Position numbers and translations under genes: made by a program | Shown: one piece after another, positions 24,966 to 37,133 of the stretch | Numbering within the stretch: the stretch's first letter is position 1 | How the letters are laid out: each line of letters begins with the position of its first letter | DNA from: Craspedostauros australis | Lineage: Eukaryota | Length of the DNA stretch: 55,499 bases | Direction: 5' to 3' | NCBI GenBank assembly: GCA_030167865.1 | Contig: JALAGF010004545.1 | Coordinates: 62,001-117,499 of the forward strand | Notes under the pieces: generated by a model | Databases searched by the model: none | The model's input: only the letters and a program-made list of their open reading frames with translations | Told to the model about the DNA's origin: nothing

Positions 24966-25877
24966 GCAGGCAGTCTCGCACCATATCACATCCCATCCCA
25001 TCTCAAGCGCATTCGTGCGGATGTACATCAATTGATTGGCGCTGACACAGCAATCAACCGACAAGGCCAGCAAACAGGCATGCCAACAAGCAGGCACGAT
25101 CACATAGATGGCCGAACACGCATCCTTTGAAAGGGCCGTGTCATCGGTATTCTCTCCCCTGAAACCACTCCTACAGCCGCACCGACAGTGACACTTGCAA
25201 CCATGCCATGAGCACCTGGAACAGACCTGTTGAACAGTTCCATCGTTGGTTATCTTGCCATCACGCCCTTCATCATGATGCCCGCCACAATTGGGTCGGT
25301 TCTAACTCGTTCACGAAAGCGAACGACGGAGGCATCATGTCAGGCAGATTCCAGAAGGTACCACGATTAGAATGCTTCTACGTCTCTACCTGCTCCTCTG
25401 CATACCATGTAACACTGTCTCACTCACATGGCAGTGTGACAGCAAGACTACTTTTCTTCGGGTGGTGACGGAAAACGAACCTCTGGTGCGTACCCGCCGA
25501 GGTACAATCCAGAATGAGCACAAGAGCGCAACATGGGCGCCCCCTGGGAGCCTACTACTCTTCCTGTGTTTCTGAAGTTCGGCGTGACGGCAACTCAAAT
25601 GGCTCCGAAGTCATCACCTTCGGATTGGAGCAGAGTGAGCTTGTGTTTCCGACAAACGGCAAGTTGCAGCAAACCCGAACCTAACACTAGCCACATAAGA
25701 GTTTGACCAATAAATCCAAACACGTTGCTCTCTATAGTATTCTAGTATTATATATAATACTATATGATGTTGTACTATAATATCGCCGAGCGCTGAGATC
25801 TATTGCATGATAGTTCGTGGAGCAGTCTCCGTCGGACATTGTAGCGGTGCCTCCAGTTCTGATGGCGAGCATGGCAT

Positions 25878-25908
25878 TGGGCAGGGCAGGGCAGGGCAGG
25901 GCAGGGCA
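25878..25908. repeat. (GGGCA)n pentanucleotide microsatellite
   Basis: About six tandem GGGCA units; the G3 runs are G-quadruplex-compatible. Confidence 0.85.
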
Positions 25909-27232
25909 GAGTAGAGAGCTCTACTTTCGTACGAGTGTCATCCACTGCAACGAGGATCAACTCAACGCGCATACCCAAGCGATGCTTACCGCATGACGTG
26001 TACTCTGCACAATCGTCGAATGCGGTACCTCTATCAGTTTGCACCATACCTACATACACCTCCGTAGTACAAAAGTGTAGTAGAGGAGGAGAGGAGCGCC
26101 ATCAATACGAGGACAAGCGTAACACCATACGACCTACACCTATCGTACCAACACCAGAATCTGTACTCGTGGGCGAGGTCGCAGTTTGTTAACCAAGCAA
26201 CTTGTGACCTTTGCCCAGGACTGTAAGCCACGCCGCCGACACTTCGGAATCCCCAGTTGTCGTTCTTCCTTTTGCTGCTGATCCCGTACGGGGATGACAG
26301 TAGCACAGCTCGTGCCATACGAGCTATATACCCCAACACTGCGGATCCGGATTTTGCTGCTCGCTTCAAGCATGTCTCGGGAAGGCCACCAGAGCTGGCG
26401 AAGGGTTCGGTCCCCCCAACGCAAATGGATCAAAGAGGAGCCACAGAGTCACCATCAACCCCCTCCCGCAATTCAATCTTGGCTCCTTGTTCGTCATTGC
26501 GTGTGAAGGTTTCCAACCGAGTGCGCGTCGCACACCAAAAGCACCACAGCTCGCACGAATTTGTCGAGCCGCATATGCAGGCGATATCAATATAATCGTG
26601 CCTAGATACGTGCTGTACATAGAGTAGTCGATAGTCGCACTCGCCCTGCGTCACTCTCATCGTGGATTACTGCCACACCGAAGTTCAGTCGCCAGTGGTG
26701 ACAAGTCTCATCGACAAGACGCGAGGAAACAAATCGATGCTGAGGAGATGTACGACTACGTTCTCTCCCGTCACTTGTACTCTACACATCACCTTCGTCC
26801 CAAACAGATTCGCCACCGGTGTTTCATTTTCGCGAAGTCGAAGGGGACGTCTGCCATGGCAGACGTGTCGTGTCGCTGGTGATGTTGCATCACGGCGTAA
26901 TCGATCGACACGCAATAAGAGCGCGGTGCCTCTGTGCGAATAGTCGTGCTCGTGGTCGTAGGTCGTACCAGTGTTGGTGTGGTTGCATCTTCATTCGCGC
27001 CAGGGTGGTGGGCATGGTTGTCCTTTTTGGAGCATGATGGCAGAATGGTGCGACCCCATCCGCGCCTCCGTCGACGGCGCGAGGACAGGTGATCTCGTGC
27101 GACCTTGGGAAGAAGAGTGCCGAGAGTTGTGGAGCGATGAACTACAACAGCTCTCGTTTGGCTCATGGGACGCGCTTCGATGACGACGATGTCGGTACGT
27201 GGACGAAAGAGACTAGTTTACGACCCACTTGA

Positions 27233-27378
27233 GTGACGGGACCTGCAGTCCGTCCTGGGATGGTGGCAACATACGGGGTTTTCGACCAAGCCGCCCACAT
27301 ATTAATAAACTAGATAAAAATATAAGATGCACTATGGACGCCGATTTTGCTTTAATGTCTTATTTTAATTTTTATGGA
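27233..27378 (+). repeat. Left terminal inverted repeat (146 bp)
   Basis: GTGACGGGACCTGCAGTCCGTCCTGGGATGG...TTTTATGGA. Reverse complement of 31861-32006 with 7 mismatches by manual alignment; the outer 46 bp are identical. Confidence 0.95.
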
Positions 27379-27808
27379 TCTTCGTAGATTTACGGTCCAC
27401 TTGGTCGAATATGCACGCTGCTCCGTGATGATCGCAAGGCATTTATTAGCTTTTCCCATGCAAACAACGCAATGTGCCCAGACACGTTCGGGAAAGGCCA
27501 TTTTTTGACGGGTTGCGCACGGAATTTGACATTTCAGCGACGTCATTGTTTGGCCCGTCCGAACACGTTTTTGAAATAAGGCGCCGTTGTTGGACGTTAC
27601 GGTCCAAATTCAAAATTTGACTCTCGTCACAGGTCGCAAATCTCCTCACATTTTGCCACCAAATCGAGTTTTGCTTTTCGTGGTGGTGTGCGGTGCTTGT
27701 TGCATGCTCATGCAGCGTCTGTATAGTCGCTCTCTTGCCCTCCTCTTGCTCAGTTCACTTCCATCAATACTACTCATCTCCATCCTCCCATCAGTACCAA
27801 TCAGCATC

Positions 27809-30800
27809 ATGCCTGTCTCTACCACGAAAGCTGCGTCGAAGGACGCCAATCCTTCTCCCTCCAAGAAGCAACGTATGCAATCCTCTCCATCTGTGCGCCC
27901 GTTTCCATTGGATCCGATCGATCGCAAGGAACTGTTTGCGCCATCTACTGGTGAGAAGCTTCTGCCTCCATTGGGTATGGATGGGAAACAACACATTCCA
28001 CCGCCTACAACAAACAAGGTCTTGCCTCCTGCGCTCAAAGGTGCGACCTTCGACAACGAGTGTGATGTTGAGATCCTCACCAACAACAAACAGGTTCGCG
28101 CACTCAATGCAACCAACGAGAAGCTCTTCGTCCGTGTGCACATCACCGCCGACAACGGCATGATTCTTGATACCTCCAAGGTCACTGTGCAGGCCTTCAG
28201 ACACGGCTCCAATGGAGGGACGAAGGTGCGTGTCAAAGTCTGCGTCTCGACTCTGAAATCCCTCCCCGCACCCCTTTCCGCACCGACTATCCAACCAGCA
28301 AAGAAAGGCAAGCGCATCCAACATGGCGACGCTGGCGACTACGAAGCCTACCGCCCCAAGAGACACAACAGAACCAAGACCAGGAAATCAAGCGCGAGAA
28401 GGTTCGGATTCAAACCCAACAAGGAGAGGACTGATGCATTTGAAACCATGCACGAGGTCTTGCAGGAGCTCAGAGTGAAGAACCTCGCTTCTGTTCTTGC
28501 TGCCTTTCCTCGTTGCGGATTTGTATTGGGGCGCAATTCCGACAGGCAAGTGTGGAGCAAAGCAAAGAAGATCTTTGCGGTGGCCTCCAATGTGCTGTGG
28601 AAAGCGCTGATCCCAGCCATGACCTTGCCAGTTCCTCAGATGGAACAGGTGGTGGCGTTCGTGCGCGCGGGAGTGGACTTGCCGCCAGTCAAGCTAGCTC
28701 CCAACCTCTACACGATTTGCCTCGTCGGTGAGAAGAACATCGCACGTACAGCAAGGTGCATTCTTGCCATGTCCGCTTCGCCACGCCAGTGCATGAACCT
28801 CCTCACCAATACAAGAGCGAACTTCCTGACGTTCAGCGTCTTGGCCTCTTGCCACAGCAATACACCATCACACAGGGCCAGTTCCTCACTCTGTGCAACT
28901 ACTACAAGCTGTTGAGCAAGGGCAATGTGCTTGGTGCTGCTGTCTACAACTATCGCGTCAGCGCGTACAGCTTGGCCAGTGTGGTGTCCTTCATCAGCAA
29001 CACTACCACATACAAGGCAGGACTTTGTCACAACATCAAGTGGGGAGGGGTGATATTTGAAAATGTGCCAGTATTCGAATGTGGCAGGACAAGCGTAGAC
29101 AAGCTGTTCCAAATATACAAGACTAGGACAAACAACCCAGTCGGTGAGCCAGCATTCCAACAAATGACAGGCCTGCTCATGCGCAGAGGCAAAGTGGTTA
29201 CTGGTCTCTCCTCTTTTGAAAACTACTTCTGGATGGCAACCAAGACGCTGAAGGAGATGCTCGTGCGCTTGAATGCTCTGCTCAAGGATTCATTCAACGG
29301 TGAAGACGCACGCGACGATGCAGCGATTGAATATATTCAAACCTGTGAAACACTGGTGCACGATCTGGACCTTATGATCACATTCCTCAAGTGGGAGTAT
29401 ACTGCTTTGCACATGCAGATCAAGTGCAAAGAAGACCCCATGCACTGCGCTCATTTCGCCCTTCGCAAGGATTCAAAAATTCGACAGGCTAAGTCTACAC
29501 TCAGCACCGAAAACACAACAGTGCCTGCCAACACCAACATGACATACATGGTCATTCATCCTCACACAGCAACCACAGAGTGTGACGCCAACGCCCTTTC
29601 TCCCATTGCTCACGATCAACAAGGCAAGGTATGCGACAGATGTGGAGAAGCGATGCGATCCATGGATGATCGCGTTGCACCTTTCATCAAGACGCTCAAG
29701 GCCAACCATCTATGCGACCACGCGGATGAACTATGCAGTATGCTGGAGGCAGTACTGGGCTTCAACAACGAGATCACTGTGTACATGGCACACCGAGTGA
29801 GAGCAAAGGTCCAATTCGAGCAGATGAACAAGTACAAGGCCAAGCTCAACAACAATGACAAGTGCACCTATGTCGTCATCAACCATAAGCAGAAGATTCT
29901 GCCAACAGCGCAAGGAGAATCGCAGACAGAGTATTGGGGCAAGAAGGGCATGTCCCTCCTTGGTGTTATGATTGTCACCTGCAAAGATGACGAATTCACG
30001 TATTGCTTTGTTGACATAATTGTTCATGGCCGGCCAACCCAAGACACACTTCAAGTCAGTGGGCTTCTAAAAATAATCCAGAAGAAGGTACGCGATCTCC
30101 TACCATCGGTCACAGAAATCATCCTGCAGTCAGACAACGCGGGCTGCTTTGCCAGCCACGAGCGCATCGCGCTTGTCTCATCGCGGATCAACAACAATGC
30201 GTCACGCAACGGACTTCCCCAATTTTTCATTTGGATCTACACAGAAGCCCAAACAGGCAAAGGGCGAATCGACACTCACTTCGCCTACATCACTATCGTA
30301 CTACAATCCTACATGCAAAGCGGCAGCAAAATTCAAACCGAACACGAAATCTTCGACACGATGCGAATGGGAAATATCAGAGGTACTACCACTGTCTTGG
30401 TTGATGCATCAGGTTTGGAAGGTTGCTGCGTGATGCACAAGACAAATCCGCGCAACAGGTTCCACGCGAAGGGCATGAATGTACGATCAACGCATGAGGT
30501 GCAACATGGAAACGGCTACACAGACTTACTTGCGGCTTCAAATGCCACTGATCCAGTGCGAGTGGAGGAAGCGGAATGGGAAGACTATGACATCATGAAT
30601 TTCGAGGTTCCCATCATCAACGAACACCAATCAACGCAACAACCTGACCTAGACTGATAACTAGCTAGAATATCCTAGTCTCCCAATTGAGTCCAGTCAT
30701 GTATCTACTGTTGCCAGCACTGGATCAAGTCCGGTAACGTCCGTGACTGAGACCAGTCAGTTGAGTCCAACCATGCGAGACTCAACTCAGTCGTAACTGC

Positions 30801-31585
30801 GGGGCCAACATATGGAAAACATGCCACCACCAAACTTGATGCCAAAACATGGAAGCAAGTAAATGAGCGACCAGGTGGCGCAGGTTTGGAATTCAGGCGT
30901 GGTTCTTGGAACAGGCACGGAGTAAGCAGAGACGGCATGGCAGAGTGCGCTACTTGTGGAGTAACGCAAAGTAGAGCAGGTGGAGGCAAGAAGGAAGGAA
31001 GGTAATCATAATCTACAATTATCCCTCAATCGTCTGCTGGCATAAGGCAAGCCCATTCGCCCATACCTGGTGGAAGTGTTGGAGGAGGTGTGCAGAGTGG
31101 CACGCGCGGACCCCAAGAACAGACCGACCGAGTACGAGGCATTCAGGCGGTGCATGGAGACGACCGAAATGAAGACTGACTGGTATGCGCGGGTACACGT
31201 GAACCCAATGCGAGTGAAGCAATACATGTCCGCGTCGTACCAGCGCACGAAACCGAAGGCCGCGAACACGAGAACCCCGGAAACCACGATAAACAAAAAC
31301 GTGACAAACACAACGAACACAACTAACACCCCACCACCGACGAACACGAACAGCACCGACACAGAGATCGTGCCTGCACAACACACAACAGCAGATGAGG
31401 AGGAAATCGCGCTGCAACAAGAAGAAAACGAAGCATCGGAGCAAATTGCGTGCGAGACACAAATAATGAAGGAGAATACGGAATTTCCAGAGTTGGTGGA
31501 ACAAAATGTGAGGACACAATTGTTGCGGCGAGTCAGAGCTGCAATGGAGACAAGTTATTACACACATGAAACCCAATTAAGATGA
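27809..31585 (+). pseudogene. Disrupted transposase in three pieces (27809-~28809, ~28810-30657, 31049-31585)
   Basis: Frameshift near 28808-28810 (LT-aa-YKSELP). The first catalytic Asp reads as Asn at 29881; Asp codons at 30133 and 30271 are intact. Five in-frame stops lie in 30655-30750. The C-terminal piece LEEVCRVARADPKNRP...VNPMRVKQYMS is in another frame. Confidence 0.8.
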
Positions 31586-31860
31586 AAAGGGGTAAAGATG
31601 CAGATTATGAGTCTTATCAATGTCGTACGAGTCTGTGCAACTGCTTCACTGCTGGATCGTCCTTGATTGGTGCACGTGTTCACAGCGTAACGCCAATTCA
31701 ACGGTTTCACANGTATCACGGNTTGGAGGGACTAAGAAAATAAATTAGCACTGCAATTGACATCGATAATTNTTCTTTTGGCGATACGAATCAAGGCACN
31801 AAGACACNGAATCTGGCCGTNGTGCGCTAGTCGTGTCTAGATGAGCGCGAAATCGATGGG

Positions 31861-32006
31861 TCCATAAAACTTAAAATAAGACATTAAAGCAAAATCGGCG
31901 TCCACACAGCATCTTATATTTTTATCTAGTTTATGAATATGTGGGTGGCTTGGTCGAAATCCCCGTATGTTGCCACCATCCCAGGACGGACTGCAGGTCC
32001 CGTCAC
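31861..32006 (-). repeat. Right terminal inverted repeat (146 bp)
   Basis: TCCATAAAAC...GGACTGCAGGTCCCGTCAC; inverted copy of 27233-27378. Confidence 0.95.
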
Positions 32007-32028
32007 ACCAGAAGTAAACTTCTGGTGT
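32005..32028. repeat. Perfect 11-bp-stem hairpin abutting the right TIR
   Basis: ACACCAGAAGT-AA-ACTTCTGGTGT. Confidence 0.85.
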
Positions 32029-32638
32029 TTCTGATAGGTCTGTGCTTCACCGATACGTCGGCGTCGGGCGGATCCGAATTGCGAAGCGGAAGGAAAACGG
32101 CAAGGGGAGAGGAAGGTCGGCAACGGAGGTCACGAGCTTCAGTGGCATAAACGCACGTCAATGTTCCACGACCTGATGCCAGTGTTTCGTTGAATTGACT
32201 CAATAAATGTCCGAGAACACTTCAATCAGGAAAAGCACGGAATATCTATGTGGGCCTTTGTAGAACATGTTTGGACACGCCCAACCGAATTCCATACCAA
32301 CCTGGAAGAAAGAAGAAGTCTGTCTTCTCCGAACACGAATTGACGACACAACTGACGAACCGAACAACCGAACACCTCGACAACACGACAACCGAACAAC
32401 ACGACGACAAACAACGAGGTCCAACACGAAGAAAACCACGACGAAACCACGCAGGACCACACAAACACGACGCAGATCCGTCAACTTCTTTTCACTTCAC
32501 TGTTTGTTTTCCCCATAAATTTCACATTGCTCCAATCGACACTGGCCCTCTGCATTCCACTTCGCTTCATTTTATTTCACTTCACTTCACTTGAACCCAA
32601 TCCAACTCGCCCATCAATTCAATCACAACAACAACACC

Positions 32639-33169
32639 ATGAACACTACCATGAACAGCACCATGAGCGACAGCAGCTCCACCTGCGCGCAATCGCCGAT
32701 CATCATCCACCTGCCAATGGGCCAAGAAGAACAAGAACACGAAGCTGCCGCTCCACAGCTGACCTGCAGCGCCTCCAGAAAGGCATCATCATCGTCCAAG
32801 ATGCTGCTCGGTCTTGTCCTCTTCGCTCTGGTGGCCCTTTTCGGATACGCCACAATGGGGCAGCAAGCAATCCATCCGCCACCATCATCATCATCCATTG
32901 CTACCAACAACAGCAACGACGCTGACATCGTCAGCAACCACCTCCGATCGGCATTCCCCAGCACCAAAAGACAGCTGGACGTTGATGGACTTGCCTTCGG
33001 CGATCCAAAATACGAAGCCGAGTACAAGGAAAAGCTGAAGAACCGCAACATCGCCAAGGAGCACAAGGCCAAGTTCGAGGCGCCCTCGCTGGCCGACGCA
33101 AGCCAGTCGCAGCACGAACATCCACAGTACCAGTCAACGTTCCAAGAGCAAGAGGTGCATTCTCAGTAG
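32639..33169 (+). CDS. Orphan type II single-pass membrane/secretory protein (176 aa)
   Basis: ATG after an ACAACAACACC leader; TM MLLGLVLFALVALFGYATMG; luminal NHLR...KRQL followed by a charged helical segment; C/G-ending codon bias. Confidence 0.7.
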   Translation: MNTTMNSTMSDSSSTCAQSPIIIHLPMGQEEQEHEAAAPQLTCSASRKASSSSKMLLGLVLFALVALFGYATMGQQAIHPPPSSSSIATNNSNDADIVSNHLRSAFPSTKRQLDVDGLAFGDPKYEAEYKEKLKNRNIAKEHKAKFEAPSLADASQSQHEHPQYQSTFQEQEVHSQ

Positions 33170-36100
33170 AACAGTAGCAGGGCGAGATCAGAGCACAGAT
33201 CAGGTCAGGTCAGATCAGAGCTGTGCAACAATTCGCAACAATTCAGAGACCGCACATGCTCACAAAAGAATGCAGAAGAAGGGAAGGAGGCTGGACTGAA
33301 CGAACAGCACCCTCCGGGCAAGACGCTCGCCAACGAGATCATACAACTGCCTGAAGCATTACACACCACTATCCATGCCAGCCACGGCAACAAGAGCACA
33401 AGAGCACATAGAAGAAGCAAGAGTAAACGACTAAAGATGTATATATATATACACACACACACACTACAATGAGCATGGACATGGAAATGGTATTGGCGGT
33501 GGTGATTGCAGTGGCAGCGAGATCGTGCGCTCTGGAGGCTTAGCAGTTTGATGGTGATCAAGCCAACGGTCACTGCCAGGGGATTGGCCTGTTCTTATGG
33601 CACCATAGTACGATCTGCGGGCTGCGAGTATGCACGGGCCACCCCCAGATCCTGTCACCTCCACACTCCATGTTCCAAGAGAAAGAAGCATGACGTGGAA
33701 CCTTTGACAGCACACCACAACCGCGCGAATGACAGCAACAGTAACCGCAACAGCAACTCTCATTCAACAACAAAACAAGCATACATACACGCAGCTGACT
33801 GAGCGCCGCGGCGGTGTATGCGTGTGAAGGTACAAGTAGGGGCGGTACCATTCTACTGGCGCAGCCACAGCGGGTACTCATCTCGACCCGCCCCAACAGG
33901 GTATGTACCCGCACCGCACACACAGGAGTGCACATCGCATCACATCGCATGTGTGTGTGCGAGCGACGTGGCTCATACTCCACATCCGCCAACTGCCATC
34001 AACACACCTTGACCCAAATGCACCCGAGAATTCAGTCTCGCCGGAAATTCTACCGCATCCTCGTGGTGGAAATGGTGGCGTGACTGTTCACGAAGCCGAC
34101 GTGACTGGCGGAGATCCCGTGTCTGAACTTTTTTGGTGACAAATTGGGGTCACAAACTCGCAAGGCTCCCGAACAAGATTGCCATCATGGAGGCGAATGC
34201 TGACGCCACCAGCCCCAGTTCCAGCTCGCGGAGAGGGAGAGAGAAGTCCAAATGATCGCAGAACGACTCGTTCCCTGCCACACGCATGCGCAGCATCCTC
34301 GTATGCAAGACACAGTGAGAATTAGATGCGAATAGAAAGAGATAAGTGTTGAGCAAGCCCCGAAGAAACAGGCATGCCCCACCCATGCCCGCCAACGCGT
34401 CAATCAGTCCGATCGAACGCAAGCCTCTTGCCACCTGTTGGTATTCCAATACACTTTCGAAGCCAAGGTGGAGAGGACAATCGATACCCTCCTCACTCTC
34501 TCTCTCTCTTGGCAGGCCCAAACCACACTCGACCTCGCTGTGAAAACTCCGGTCCCAAAAGGGGCGTGAAACAAAAAAGACAATGTCTGTTGTCCAAGAG
34601 AGAAGCGATGAATGCATCCATCAGTTGTCACTGTCACAGTGCCATACCCGTACTGTGGTGACGCTCCTGCCCTGTCACGAAGTAAGAATGACACCGCCAT
34701 GGCTGGCGCAGACGGCACAGATGAATGAGAGTGTCAGCCACTATGATGTGGTAGCGACTGTCATGGCTGCGGAACAACTGGCTGGAAGGTTGGATGAGCT
34801 GTGGGTGTGATTTGGCTGTGATTTGGCTGTGATAATGACCTGGGCATTGCACACGTGATGTGTTTGCGTACCCAAAAGAGCAAACAAATGAATGACCAAG
34901 CCAGCCCACGAAGAAGGGACGAAGTTGGAAAGAAATGCACCCAGTGACCCTCTCCTCACAGAGACGGCGAATACTTGTGCCTGGCCCGAAACGGCGCAGA
35001 ACGTTCTCATTCCTGATCGACGAGAGAGGAGCTGCAGTGAACGGAAAGCAATCGATTTCCCCGCAATGTTGCCTTCCTCTGCTCTGCTCTGCTTTAGCTG
35101 GACGAGCACTTGCACTCATGTGTCGGCTCGGAGTGCGCATTATTGTGCCATGCCTGTGGTTTCGGAAGCACAGAAACCATCGATCCCCAGTCGTTTTTCT
35201 CCATGTGTTTTGCCTCCCTTGCGTTCGCCCACGAGCTCCCATCACACAGTAGCGAAGGCCGGAACGACCGAGCATCCAAACGCAGTCTACGCTCTGCGAA
35301 CGCAACAGGTGCTGATCGCTCGAGTGTGGGAGCCTTGGAGCCTTCTGCACTTTCTTGCCGCCACAAGAGAAGGATCACAAGGGCTCCACGAAAGCTGAGC
35401 ATAGAGAGGGCTGTGACGCTGTTCCTCGCTGCATCTTGTCTCGCGCATATGCTTCTCCGAATGTCCAAAGGGGCAGAACGCACTGTTGAAGAAAGAGTCC
35501 AAACAAGCAGTCTGCTCTGTACCATGTATTCGCATGCGTAGACCGTAAGAATAATAGCCGCAATTGGCATGAACGACTCGGAGTCCCCTGATGTGGATTC
35601 GATGGAAGAAAAGCACCGAAGGCAGCAAAACCAATAAAGACGGTGCAATTGAGTTGGGAACTATAGTGAAGGGCAGAAGTAGAGAACATACCTCGTGGAG
35701 TAGTGCGGAATGGAATGATCGTTCTGACAGGATCCGATTGACAAGGGTCTTTGTGGTTCCTGCTTGATCTTCTCTCCCCCCTGGTATAGTTTGGTCAGTT
35801 TCTGATGCAGCTGCACGGATCATCAGCCGCTGATGTTGTTGGTTACGCTCGTATTCCAGCTGTCGTCTTTTCCCATCCAGAACGAATCGTACTGCTCTGC
35901 AATGTTGTCCATTTGATCGCATTCGGGGAATCGGCCGAATCACGACAAAAAGTGAGACAACGCCGAACGGAACGAAATTGGATCTTGGTTGGGCCCGATT
36001 GTTCCGTCATTTTATTGCCAGGTCGCTTCTCGTCCTTCGTGGTCGAATTAGTTCCCTTCGAAATTTTAAAACTCACAATGACACTGGCGCCGGCATTAGC

Positions 36101-36895
36101 CACGGTTCTTCTTTTGTGACCTCGCATCTGCGTTGCTGGTGTTACCATTCGCGAGTATGCCTAACTCGCACACGAGTTGCGGATGCGGATCACCCCTCTC
36201 CCGACATTGCTCGCGTCTTGCTGGCACGATTGATTTGTGTCGATTTCCTGCCAGGCAACGACACCACACATGACATGCAACCAACACGTTCTGAAGCGCA
36301 CCATGCAGCGCGAAATGCATCAACTCTGCTTCATTCAACTCAACTCTATTTGGAGGTATTCAAGGATGGCAGGCATGGTGGGCGCTGAGTTTCCACGACG
36401 ATGCTCCACTCTTCTGCCATGACAGCCCAGGAAGCTTCCATGAGGCCCACGCCCGCCAGAGTACGAATACGAGTACGAATATGAATAGCAACGCATGCCC
36501 TGCGAGTGGCCAAAGTTTGCGGTCGGCACAACCAATTGCGAGATTCCAATGTGTCGCACAATCGTGACATCGAGAAAGCGAAGGTGTTTCCTATGGTGGT
36601 CCCGAATGTGTGGACTCGCCCTGACGATCTTCTGTGGTTGTAGGAGCTATACCGGCACCAAAGAGACGGCCGCTCTCGCAAGACTCGGCCAATTGCTCCA
36701 TTCAGATGATGGTCATCGTCGTTGTTGAACGTGGCAACAATGTCCGTTCGCAGCTTGTGCGGTGGTCACAAAGTCGCCGACGATGCTCGCGCCACAATCC
36801 ATTTGCGCCATCCGAGGAAGAAAAAAGACGAACATTCTTCCCTTCGGAGTCCCGTGGTTTGCTTTGTTGATGGCAGAATACTTACGCGAGCACTA

Positions 36896-36931
36896 GTACG
36901 AGTACGAGTACGAGCACGAGTACGAGCACGC
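36896..36931. repeat. (GTACGA/GCACGA)n hexanucleotide repeat
   Basis: gtacgagtacgagtacgagcacgagtacgagcacg; a related array gtacgaatacgagtacgaatatgaata lies at ~36461-36488. Confidence 0.8.
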
Positions 36932-37133
36932 GGAGGGATCAGTATCGCAGCGAAAGCACCAAACAGGTCACAATATTTGAACGTGATACAACAGAAGACT
37001 CCATTCCAAGATAAGAGCATACTCCTTCACTAGCCTCATCTGAGCCACAGCAACAAATACAACCAAACAGCATCAAGCAACAACACACAACACCAGAACT
37101 AGCGACCTATTAGGTTCCAATAAAGTCGCGACA

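Larger units (their letters stand above)
27233..32006 (+). mobile_element. 4,774-bp TIR DNA transposon, Sola3-like DDD transposase, degenerate copy
   Basis: 146-bp inverted repeats at both ends enclose a fragmented transposase with motifs MHCAHFAL, H...CDRC, YMAHRVR, (N)HKQKILP...ESQTEYWGKKGMS, QSDNAGCF and EAQTGKGRIDTHFA. The superfamily call is from recalled motif similarity. Confidence 0.9.

Noticed and set aside
27231-32008. Canonical Sola3 GAG...CTC termini with TTAA TSD
   Set aside because: The left end has GAG but the right reads CAC, and the flanks (ACTT / CAGA) are neither TTAA nor duplicated.
32326-32475. CCGAACA/ACGACA-rich tract resembling a repeat array or CRISPR
   Set aside because: Irregular low-complexity sequence with no constant repeat-spacer period, no cas genes, and a eukaryotic context.
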